Origin: Squalus acanthias
Taxonomy: Eukaryota
Length of the DNA: 64,000 nt
Direction: 5' to 3'
Assembly (NCBI GenBank): GCA_030390025.1
Contig: CM059425.1
Span: forward strand, 161,698,001-161,762,000
In this document: in pieces, positions 37,084 to 48,501 of the stretch
Layout: the number at the start of each line of letters is the position of its first letter
How positions within the stretch are numbered: the first letter of the stretch is position 1
Program-made: the position numbers and the translations under genes
Notes under the pieces: generated by a model
What the model saw: only the letters and a program-made list of their open reading frames with translations
Told to the model about the DNA's origin: nothing
The model's database searches: none

Positions 37084-37270
37084 AAGATAAGGGAATGTAC
37101 AAGGATGAATAGTTGATATTGTCATTGTGATTGGATTTTGATAAATTTATGAATTTTGTGTGGAATGTGCATTTTGTGGTGGCTCTCATTTCAGCTTTGT
37201 GCTGTGATGTTCCGTGACAGAGGGATGGTATGATGGGAAAGTGGTGAGCAACGGGGATCTGGGGTTTCAT

Positions 37271-38379
37271 TCAGTCGAATTGGAGGCTGATGAGGCGCTC
37301 ACGGACAGCCCGTCCAGAACAGAGATTTACTTCCTGCCTCCTCCCTTCCTCCTCCTCCTCCTCCTGAGGTGGTGCTGGGACCCCTGGTGGCAAGGGCTGC
37401 GCGTTCATGATGGCCAAGTTGTGAAGCATGCAGCAGACCACTACAAAATGGGACACCCACTCCGGCGAGTATTGGAGGACTCCTTCTAAGTGGTTAAGGC
37501 AGCGGAACAGTTGCTTGTGCACTCCGATGGTCTGCTCGATGACATTCCTCCTGACAACATGGCTGTCATTTTTTGATTGCTAACCATGAGTGGTGGGATT
37601 GCGGAGGGGAGTCATCAGCCAGGTGCAGAGTGCATAGCCTATGTCACTGAGCAGCCACCCTCGGGTTTGACGTGGTGGCTGGAAGATTGCTGGCATACCG
37701 GACTGGCGCAGAATGAAGGCATCATGGCTGCTGCCAGAATAGCGGGCATTCACCATCATGGTGCCCTGGGCGTGGTTGCACAACAACTGCACATTAAGGG
37801 AGCCTTTGCGGTTACAGAACATCTCAGGATTGTTACACGGTGCCCGCAAAGCCACATGTGTGCAGTCGTTGGCATCCTGCACCATGGGGAAGCCCACTAT
37901 CCTGGCAAAGCCACATGCGTGCTTGTCCTGCTTCTCTCTGTTCAGAGAGAAGGCAATGAAGTCCCTTCTCCTGGAGTAGAGAGCCTCTGTGACCTCCCGG
38001 ATGCAGCGATGGATGGCGAACTGGGAGACGTTAGCTATGTCTCCTGCTGCAGACTGGAAAGATCGCTGACAAAAGAATTGAGTGCCACTGGGAGAGCCGT
38101 TGTCGCCCTGCTGTGAGGTTGTGGGTCTGGTTGCAGGAGGTGGCAGAGTTCTGTGGCCACCTCCTTGGTGAAGCAGAGCCTCTTAATACACTTCTCCTGG
38201 TTTAAGTGGAGGTAAGAGAAATGTTCTCGGAAGACCCTAGGTAGGTAAGTCCTCTTGCTGAGAGCCCTCCTGCCCCTCCCTCTGCGAGCATCCTGTCCTC
38301 TTCTTCGCTGCCTCCGCTCCATCTCCCTAGGATACTTGAGTGCGAGGGGGACTGCAAGAGCCCCCACGACTGTGAGCAA
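37271..38379 (-). pseudogene. HARBI1-like DDE transposase, frameshifted
   Basis: RVFREHFSYL..CIKRLCFTKE; GFPMVQDANDCTHVAL; NRKGSLNVQLLC; ARYSGSSHDAFIL; WLLSDIGYAL; WLMTPLRNP; CCMLHNLAI. Confidence 0.9.
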
Positions 38380-38794
38380 GTAGTGTGAGCAGAAGTCAGG
38401 TGTAAATTGTTGATGACGATCCCTTTAAATAGTGCTGCTGGGGCTCCTTCCCATTGCTGAACGCTTGGTCAGCTGGTTGTGATTAGGAGAGGGCGTTAAG
38501 TGGAGTGGCGACGTCCAAAATGGCAGATGGTGTGTCAAATCAGCGTTCCACACTCATTGACGTCACGATCTGCCTAATCTAAATATCTGCAGCGTGCGCA
38601 GGTAATGACAGTGCTGCTGACCTGCTCAATATGGCGGCCGCTGCGGGAACCGCCAGAAGCGGGCGGAAGCGTGCCAGCCGCCATTTTTTCTTCAAAACGG
38701 GCCTTAACAACCAGTGCTAAACCCTGGAATTACTAGGCCTAGAAATTTTCAGAATTAGTAAAACCAAAATGTCCATGGTGTATTTTATAATATT

Positions 38795-40117
38795 GGCCCT
38801 GAATTTCCTGCGGGCGGATGCCTCCAATCGGAAAAAATCTACGAACTTACCTGCTGGTTCTGTAGATCCCTAGGCTTGCGATCCTGGGCCTCTCCTCTTC
38901 GAAATGCGCAGAGGCCCACGTATCCCAGGGGTGCAGGCAGTTCGCAAGCGCCCCTGGGATCTCGTGGGCTAGGCGAACCAATGAAAGAAGGGAATCCCCC
39001 TTCATACTTTTGACAGTTCTGTACGCACAGAACTGTCAAAAGTATGAATGGGGATCACATTTAAAAACATACTGAAACATTAAGGGGGAAAAATTTGGTT
39101 TATTTGCGCCTCCCGTAAGTGCCCTAAGAGGGCGCTAATGGGGTGTAAAGCAACTAGCGCCTCGGTGCAGCGCTGCTAACGCCTCCCGATAAATTCAGCG
39201 GGAGGATAGCGGCGGCGGTAACCGTTAGCGCCCCGCGGTTTTCCCCCTTGCGCGATGATGCCCCACTCGCGCCCCGGCCACGATCTTCGGTAGCGCCCAC
39301 TGACTTACCGCCGGACGCTATGTCCGACAGGGTCGGGGGACCTACCTGCGGCTGGTGCAGCGCAAATTAAAGAGGAGGTACCGGGCAGCCATTTTTGTTA
39401 TTGGCTGCCTGCCAGCACCTGCCCCCATTGCTGTCCCCAGCCTCCCGTGCAGCCCCCTCGCGGGGTGCCGGCTGCGCTCCGTGAGCCCGGCACTTCTCTT
39501 GAGTGCCGGGCTCTTTTGCCAGCACTCCGATCCCTGGTGGATTCACTCGCAGCGCCCCAAGAGGGAGGCGGTGCGCTTCCGGTGAATCTCGGGCGCGGGG
39601 GCGCTAACTTTTTCTGGGCGCTAAAAGTAGCGCCCCGGCGATTGGGGCGCGACCCAATTTTGCCCCCTAAATAAAAAAAAAATTAAATTACATATTTAAA
39701 GTTAATTAAAATGCCATTTAATTAAATATTTTAAACAAAAATGTAATTTTTGGAAAAAAAAATTGAATGTTTTTACGGGGCTAAAAAGAAACTTACCTTT
39801 TTGAAAGGTATTTTTAATTTATAAATGAGTTATCAAATTTCATTTTTCTATTTTTTAAAACTCTTAAGCTGGTAAAAGCAAGCCTTACGTCTGCTTTTAC
39901 CAGGCGTAAGAATTTGACAGTCATTCAGCGGCGGAAGTTGTGCAAAAAGCGGAACTCTCCACCCGCAGAGGCACTTTTCCTGGGCAGGCGGATGATCTGT
40001 CAAGAGATTGACAGATCGCAAGTGTCGGTTTTCAGCGCATGAGCTTCGCATGCCTGAAACCGGCTACGGGCACGTACGCACCTCGTACACACCCGTAGGG
40101 GTCGCAAAGTCCGGCCC
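38795..40117. mobile_element. MITE family A (~736 bp net) hosting a nested family B MITE
   Basis: Ends GGCCCTGAATTT / AAAGTCCGGCCC; ATT on both sides; shared internal hairpin and AT-rich core. Confidence 0.85.
39084..39667. mobile_element. MITE family B (584 bp) with canonical Harbinger TAA TSD
   Basis: TAA-GGGGGAAAAATT ... AATTTTGCCCCC-TAA. Confidence 0.9.
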
Positions 40118-40964
40118 ATTATTATTAATATATATGCACTGGTTGTTCAAGCCAAGTCAAGTGACTATGAAGTTAGCCCATTGCAGAGATCTGATCACCA
40201 ATATATTCAGTTGGGACATCTTACTTTTCATACCTAAATTATAGACTAAATACAGATTCTTCTCACTTACACCTCAGAGATTGCACATAACTCCTACTGG
40301 CAAACCCAGGAACTTAACAGTCACTTGAGAAACTTGACTGCAGCACCAGCTGGTTACACTGCAGACTTTGTATTGCACTGTTTAATTCATGGTCTATGAT
40401 TTTATAATATTTTTAGGTTGAGTATTTTTTCTAAATTTATTGTGAATAATATACTTGATTGTGTTATTGATCTCATTTGCATTAATGGGAAAGAAAAGGG
40501 GAGAGAGGAAAAATCTGAGTGGGTCCTTCCCAAATCATTCTAATGCTTTGTTTGACTTGCTGTTATAGTACTAATGATGGAGAGCATGAAGTTATACTGC
40601 CCTTCTCATACCATTTCTGATCAGTAGAAAGCAGAGCTCTGTTAACTGGAATCAGTCTACCAGTGAAGTTTTTAATGTTAGAAAAGGGTCAATGAGATAA
40701 TCAACTCTCTTCTAACATTAGAAACCTAAAGAAGAACCAACGGAGTGATTGGACGTTTTTCATGAATTGTTTAAAAAGTTGTCTTCGCACCAGTTATGCT
40801 GCCACTGGAGTGAAGCTGAAGTGGTTTGAGACTGCCTCATCCCTGATGGCAAATACTGAACTGATGTTTTAGCAGCAATTATACTGTAATTCTTGCTTTG
40901 CACTAAAGCAGAAACTTCCTTAAAGGAGGGCAAAATATGCAGTTGCAACTGCAAATCAGCTGAT

Positions 40965-41707
40965 GGCCAAAAAATTCGTGAGGAAGCCTTCGTGCGAGGG
41001 TAAGGCTTCCCCGCGATCTCTCACTGCGCGTTGGCTTTTTCAGTTCCAGCTCGCACGAACTTGATGTTCTGGACAGCTGCTGTGCTGGGCTTGCGTATCC
41101 CACAGGCGTAGTTAATTCGTGCGAGCTGTGGGATCACGTGACTCAGTCAGAGCTAATGGCAGCACACCATCTTCCATTCATAACTTTCACATAAGTGCTG
41201 TGAAAGCTATGAATACAATAGCCCCCCAAAAGACCAGCTAAACCTCAATTAAATTTTTTTAAAAACCATCACATTAATAAAATAAGTATAGTTAAATAAA
41301 TTAACCATTTTAAATAAAAAATTAAATTTTTGAAAAAATTTAAAATCTTTTAAAAAGTTATAAAAATAAACTTACCTGTCTTTAAAGTCTCTAAAAAAGA
41401 TATACCTGTTAAAAAAAATTCAAAATAATACTTAATTCACTACTTACCTTGTTAAAAGTGGGTCTTACTCCTCCTTTTTTTATGTGTAAAATCTTCCATA
41501 CTTACCTGCGCGTTGAAACCACTAAGTGCACTGCATGCGTGCAGCCTGTAGCGCGCACGCGGTTCACCTAGGAACCGCCCCCTTTTCCATTCACCAAGTG
41601 CCGGTTTTCAGCGCATGCGCAGTGCATGCAGAAAACCGGCAATTGGAGACAGAATACGCGAGAGTACACAGTGCGTACTCTCGCGTATCAACACAAATTT
41701 TTGGGCC
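40965..41707. mobile_element. MITE family A (743 bp)
   Basis: GAT-GGCCAAAAAATT ... AATTTTTGGGCC-GAT; strong similarity to 1426-2188; followed by a CR1 3' UTR fragment to ~41825. Confidence 0.88.
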
Positions 41708-42239
41708 GATATGCTGATAGGGTTAGATGAAGAGGGGTGGGAGGAGGCTTGTGTGGAGCATAAATGCTGGCATAGACCAGTTGGGCCGAATGGGTTGTTT
41801 CTGTGCTGTAGACTGTAAGTAATGTAACTATACAGCAGAACCTCACTGATTGACAACCCTTCTAACCTGACCACCCCTCCTAAATCAAACACGTTTTGTA
41901 AAACTAGTAATGTCAATGGGAATTTTATCTGGCTAATTTGATCAATTCCACTGTTCAGCTAGTTGACCATTTATTTTCTTCCCAACCTCTATTCTTGACC
42001 TCTTTTAGTCAACTGACTGCCAGAACTAATGTAGGCAGAAATGTAATTGTTACACCACCGGCTTTGGAAAGAAAACTGCACTGAAACCATACAAATCTGT
42101 GATATTTAATGATACTATTTGATCTGCAATAGTGCTGCCATGGGTAGCCTGCAGATAGGAGCACAGCTGCAGTTCCTGAATTTATATGCTATTTTTCACG
42201 AGATGGTGGCTTAAAATGAACATACTGGTATTTTTGAAG

Positions 42240-43240
42240 ATGGATTCTGGGATGTGGCATGTTTTTACCGGGTCTCTGTAATAGCAGCACTGTAGTTTCC
42301 ATCATGGTCGGGGGCCTTCTATATGCCGCTTGCCGAGGCCGCCGGAAGCTCATTAGCATGCATTAAATGGAGGTGGAGTGGCACTGGAGTCTCTAAATCC
42401 CATGACGTGTGCTCCCATTGCACCAAGGTAATTAACAACGAGTTAAAAGAGATGTACATGTTGCCAGCATCAGCTAAGACTGACTGAAGTGAGCATACAG
42501 CCTGAAGAAACTTTCAAGAGCGATTGCTAGAGTTACAAAAATGCTTTTAAAGTGCTTTTTTATTTGCTTTGCACCTGGATTGAGCTGCCTCAGACAGGCT
42601 GAGGGTCTGTAAAACCACTGAGATATGTTTTTGTCTAATCAAATTCAGAGGTTCTGAGTACCAGGTATGGGATTCTCATTAGGCATTCCATTGCTTGCCA
42701 TTTTGAGAGAGGAGGATGAGTACAGGGTAGAGGAGAGTGAGGCAGCGTATGAGGAGAATGCACCCCAAAATAATTTACAGGCCATGCAGATTGTATGAAG
42801 ATCTCAGTGAGAAGTTCTACATGAGAAGAGTGTGCTTCACCAAAAAGGGAAAAGGGCGTCTGTGCCAGCTACTGCATGAAGACCTACGGCCAAGATTATC
42901 TGCCCAGACAACTCTGTCTGTGGCTGTGAAAGTGACAAATACACTCAAGTTCATGCCACAGGCTCACTTCAAACAGCCGCAGGGGATCTGTGTAATATTG
43001 CTCATGGTGCTGTCCGGATATGTATTTGTCAGGAGAACTGGAGGATTCATACAGATTGGCATGAAAACAAGAGAGTGCTATCCAATTTTAATGTGTTGCA
43101 GGCTTCACCAAAATGTAGGGTGCAATACATGGCATGCATGCAGTAGCACTGCAAGCTCATATCGTGAACTCCCTCAACCTTCTCAATAGGAAGTGGTAGC
43201 ATTTGCTGAAAATCCAGATTTTGTGTAACCCGATGCGAAG
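42240..43240 (+). pseudogene. Degenerate Harbinger left end and HARBI1-like transposase N-terminus
   Basis: IYRPCRLYEDLSE..RRVCFTK..LCQLLHEDLRP...TLSVAVKVT, homologous to 38035-38379. Confidence 0.7.
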
Positions 43241-43777
43241 AATCATGTTTGATCAGGTATCTACCAAAACATGCTTTCACAGCCACAACTCTTTCCTCAG
43301 CAACTGTCTCCAGCTCTGAATTATTCCACGTGGATTCAAACTGAAATTCCACCCTTCATGTTTTGGATCCACCAGTGGTTACAGATATCTCTGAGATATT
43401 CAGTGTTCCTCGAACCACTGCTCTCGCCGCATCCTGAGAGCCACGCTCAACGCCATGCGCCACCACATGCATGCTCTCAACCTCTCTCTTCAGCAGCACC
43501 AAATCACTCGATCTCAAAGCTGTCCTGATCTGCAGTTCCATTTTATCCTTTACCTCATCTGGCGCTTTAACAAAAAACATTTTTTCTTCCCTTCAGGTGT
43601 CACGGATCGCATGCTTCAACAACTCTTGGATACCAACACACCACCGGATCGTTCTTCCCCTCACTTTCCTCTGACCCCATCCCTTCTTCCAATCTCACCT
43701 TTGCTGTGTTTTCACTATCCCCTCTGACCTTCCCCTCTCTGACCCCGAACGATCCGTCCTCAGCAAAGGCCTTAGCT

Positions 43778-44360
43778 GCGGCGAGAGCGGGACTAGTGGA
43801 GGAGCGGCAGAGTTAAAAGCAGCAGCTCCCGAGGCCCGAGACCAGCGGCGAGAGTGGGACTAGTGGAGGAGCGGCAGAGTTAAAAGCAGCAGCTCCCGAG
43901 GCCCGAGACCAGCGGCGAGAGTGGGACTAGTGGAGAAGAGGCAGAGTTAAAAGCAGCAGCTCCCGAGGCCCGAGACCAGCGGCGAGAGTGGGACTAGTGG
44001 AGGAGAGGCAGAGTTAAAAGCAGCAGCTCCCGAGGCCCGAGACCAGCGGCGAGAGTGGGACTAGTGGAGGAGCGGCAGAGTTAAAAGCAGCAGCTCCCGA
44101 GGCCCGAGACCAGCGGCGAGAGTGGGACTAGTGGAGGAGAGGCAGAGTTAAAAGCAGCAGTTCCCGAGGCCCGAGACCAGCGGCGAGAGTGGGACTAGTG
44201 GAGGAGAGGCAGAGTTAAAAGCAGCAGTTCCCGAGGCCCGAGACCAGCGGCGAGAGTGGGACTAGTGGAGGAGCGGCAGAGTTAAAAGCAGCAGCTCCCG
44301 AGGCCCGAGACCAGCGGCGAGAGTGGGACTAGTGGAGGAGCGGCAGAGTTAAAAGCAGCT
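43778..44360 (+). repeat. Tandem array of 67-bp GC-rich monomers (~8.7 copies) at the 5' end of the CR1
   Basis: Unit AGCGGCGAGAGTGGGACTAGTGGAGGAGCGGCAGAGTTAAAAGCAGCAGCTCCCGAGGCCCGAGACC; near-identical copies, no spacers. Confidence 0.95.
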
Positions 44361-47300
44361 AGCTGGGAGCGGGAGCGGACGGACCTGTGGGGGGTGGGGG
44401 GGGGGGGGGAAATCAAAGTGTGACGTCATAGGAAAGCAGATAAGTGATTGGTTGGTGAGTATTTCTCTTTTTCTCTTTTTTTCTCTTTTTCTCTAAACTA
44501 GGGCATTGGTTTAAATTAAGAGCCGTGATTATAGATTAAAAACTATACATAGATAATTGAGTGATATTTCAAAACTTGGAAACCTAATTAGTTAAATAAA
44601 ATACAATAGAGATGGCAGGGCAGGTGATGTGTTGCAGCTGTAGCATGTGGGAGCTGGTGGACACCAGTGTGATCCACAGCAACCACATCTGCAGTAAGTG
44701 TCTGCAGCTCGAGGAACTTCGGCTCAAAGTTGATGAGCTGGAGTCCGAGCTTCGGACACTACGATGCATCAGGGAGGGGGAGGGTTACCTGGACACTTTG
44801 TTCCAGGAGGCCGTCACACCCCTTAGGTTAAATACTTTAAATTTGGGCCGTGGTCAGAGACAGGAGGGTGTGACTACGAGTGAGGCAGGTATGGGGATCC
44901 AGAAGGTAGCATTAGATGAGCCTCAGCCCTTGCACTTATCCAACAGGAATCAGGTTCTTGCAGCCTGTGTGGACGAGAGCAGGGACTGCAGGGAGGATGA
45001 GCAAACTGACCACAGCACCGTGGTACAGGGGGCCATTCAAGTTGGGGGAGTAAAAAGGAATGTAGTAGTGGTAGGGGACAGTATAGATAGGGGGATAAAT
45101 ACTGTTCTCTGTAGCTGAGAGCGTGAGTCCCGAAGGCCGTGTTGCCTGCCCAGTGCCAGGGTTAAGGACATCTCCTCGGGGCTGGAGAGGAACTTGGAGT
45201 GGGAAGGGGAGGATCCAATTTCCGTGGTCCACGTAGGTACCAACGACATAGGTAAGACTAAAAAAGAGGTTCTGCTGAGGGAATATGAGCAGCTAGGGGC
45301 TAAATTAAAAAGCAGAACCACAAAGGTAATAATCTCTGGATTACTACTTGAGCCACGAGCAAATTGGCATAGGGTTAATCAGATCAGAGAGTTGAATGCG
45401 TGGCTCGGTGTGGGAGAAATGGGTTTCGATTCATGGGGCACTGGCACCAGTACTGGGGAAAGAGAGAATTGTTCCGTTGGGACGGGCTTCACTTGAACCA
45501 TGCTGGGACCAGTGTCCTGGCGAATCGAATAAGTAGGGCTGTAGATAGGGCTTTGAACTAAATAGTGGGGGGGAGGGCGGGGGGGGCGGGAGGGTTCAGG
45601 TGAGGGGAAATTTAGAAAGTTAAAGAGAAAGGACAAGACAATAGTGCAGGGTAGCGATAGGGGTCATGATAACCAGAGTGTGACAGGAAGGGACAAAGCA
45701 TACAAACATAAGAGTGCACCAGCAAATAGGGTCAGAGTAGGGAAAAATGGTAAAAAGACAAAATTAAAAGGCTCTTTATCTGAATGCATGCAGCATTCGT
45801 AACAAGATAGATGAATTGACGGCACAAATAGAAATAAATGGGTATGATCTGATAGCCATTACAGAGATGTGGTTGCAAGGTGACCAAGGCTGGGAACTGA
45901 ATATTCAGGGGTATTTGACATTTCAGAAGGATAGGCAGAAAGAAAAAGGAGGTGGAGTAGCTCTGTTAATAAAAGATGAGATCAGTACAGTAGTGAAAAA
46001 TTATCTTGGCTCGGAAGATCAAGATGTAGAATCAGTTTGGGTGGAGATAGGAAATAGTATGGGAAAGAAGTCACTGGTGGGAGTAGTCTATAGACCCCCT
46101 AACAGTAGCTACACTGTAGGACAGAGTATAAATCAAGAAATAATGGGGGCTTGTAAGAAAGGTACTGCAATAATCATGGGCGATTTTAATCTTCATATAG
46201 ATTGGACAAATCAAATTGGCAAAGGTAGCCTTGAGGATGAGTTCATAGAGTGTATTCGGGACGGTTTCTTAGAACAATACGTTGTGGAACCAACCAGGGA
46301 ACAGGCTATTTTAGATCTGGTAATGTGTAATGAGACAGGATTAATTAATGATCTCATAGTAAAGGATCATCTAGGCAAGAGTGATCATAACATGATAGAA
46401 TTTCACATTCAGTTTGAGGGTGAGAAACTTGGGTCTGAAACTGGTGTCTTAAACTTAAATAAAGGCAATTACAAAGGTATGAAGACAGAGTTGGCTAAAG
46501 TGGACTGGATAAATAGATTAAAAGGAAAGATGGTAGATAAGCAGTGGCAGACATTTAAGGAGATATTTCATAACTCTCAACAAAGATATATTCCAGTGAG
46601 AAAGAAAGACTCTACGAGAAGGATGAATCATCCATGGCTAACTAAGGAAGTTAAGGATTGTATCAAATTGAAAAAAAAGGCATACAATATTGTGAAGATT
46701 AGTGGTAGGCCAGAAGATTGGAAAATTTTTAGAAACCAGCAAAGGATGACTAAAAAAATAATAAAGAGGGAGAAAACAGATTATGAGAGTAAACTAGCAA
46801 GAAATATAAAAACAGACAGTTAGAGCTTCCACAAGTATATAAAAAGGAAGAGAGTAGCTAAAGTAAACGTTGGTCCCTTAGAAGATGAGATTGGGGAATT
46901 AATAATGGGAAACAAGGAAATGGCAGAGACTTTGAACAAATATTTTGTATCTGTCTTCACGGTAGAAGACATGAAAAGCATCCCAATGATAGTAGATAAT
47001 CAAGGGGCAAAAGGCAAGGAGGAACTTAAAACAATCACTATCACTAGAGAAAAAGTACTAGGCAAACTAATGGGACTAAAGGCTGACAAGTCTCCTGGAC
47101 CTGATGGCCTGCATCCTAGGGTCTTAAAAGAAGTGGCTGCAGAGATAGTGGATGCATTGGTTGTAATCTTCCAAAATTCCCTAGATTCTGGAAAGGTCCC
47201 AGCGGATTGGAAAACCGCAAATGTAACATCCCTATTCAAGAAAGGAGGGAGACAGAAAGCAAGAAACTATAGGCCAGTTAGCCTAATATCTGTCAGTGGG

Positions 47301-47790
47301 AAAATGCTGGAATCTATTATTAAGGGAGTAGTAGCAGGACATTTAGAAAATCATAATACAATCAAGCAGAGTCAACATGGTTTTATGAAATGGAAATCGT
47401 GTTAAACATATTTATTAGAGTTCATTGAGGATGTAACGAGCAGGGTGGATCAAGGGGAACCAGTAGATGTAGTGTATTTGGATTTCCAAAAGGCATTTGA
47501 TAAGGTGCCACATAAAAGGTACTGCACAAGATAAGAGCTCACGGTGTTGGGGGTAATATATTTGCATGGATAGAGGATTGGCTAACTAACAGAAAACAGA
47601 GAGTCGGGATAAATGGATCATTTTCAGGTTGCCAAACTGTAACTAGTGGGGTGCCACAGGGATCAGTGCTGGGGCCTCAACTATTTACAATCTATATTAA
47701 TGACTTGGATGAAGGGACCGAGTATACTGTAGCCAAATTTGCTGACGATACAAATATAGGTGGGAAAGCAAGGTGTGAGGAGGACACAAA

Positions 47791-48501
47791 GGGTTGGATT
47801 TTGATACTGGGGCGGGTTGGGGTCGTGTCATCCACTTTTCGTGTTATCCACCCGACTGCAATTGGATGTGGGAGATTGATGCGATTTTCACCTAATTGGG
47901 CAACTGAGTTCCAGCATGTGGGAACCCATGACCCAATTAGTGTTTTCAGTCTGAAAGTTGCCTCTGATGATGTCATCATTGCTGCTGCATTGAAGGTCTG
48001 CAAAGACTGCCTGGCCTTTGCTGTGAGAGGACCTGGATGCAAAATGAGCAGCAGCAGCCCTAAGTCTGCTCCCAGATATTTTTGCACCACCACCACCACT
48101 CCCAGATATGTCTATTCCTCCTCCTCCTCCTCCTCCTACTACTACTACTACACATCTCTGTTGTAATAGTGGACCTGCAGCTGATAGTCAGCTATCCAAA
48201 TGTGCTCCCGCCAGGTTTCACATTCGTGGTTCAGAATAGGCGTGCTTCATGTAGAAAAAGGGTTAAAATCACAAAGGCCTTTCAAAATGGCATTATAGAG
48301 GCAATTTAGTGCTTGTTAAGGGCCTTAACAGCCTATCCCGCCTCTTGGAGGTGGGACGGAGTCAGGACCAGCAGACACGATTTAATGAAAATTGCGTGGA
48401 GGCGGGATGGAGGCGGGCTTGTGCCCGCCCGCCAGTTTTCGCAATTTTAACCCCCCACACGCTTCCAAACCCACCTCCACGGGTCAATGAAAATCCAGCC
48501 C
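47791..48501. mobile_element. Harbinger-type non-autonomous element (711 bp) inserted in CR1 RT
   Basis: TIRs GGGTTGGATTTT / AAAATCCAGCCC; AAA duplicated; removal restores EEDTKSLQRD. Confidence 0.85.

Larger units (their letters stand above)
34909..38739. mobile_element. Full-length, decayed PIF/Harbinger DNA transposon (3831 bp) with two convergent genes
   Basis: TIRs GGCCTAGAAACT / AATTACTAGGCC; TSD TAG at 34906-08 and 38740-42; contains Myb/SANT and DDE pseudogenes. Confidence 0.88.

Noticed and set aside
40271..40358. Minus-strand exon candidate with a GTAAGT donor
   Set aside because: Stop codons in all three frames
43778..44360. CRISPR-like array
   Set aside because: Head-to-tail near-identical units with no unique spacers, eukaryotic context, no cas genes
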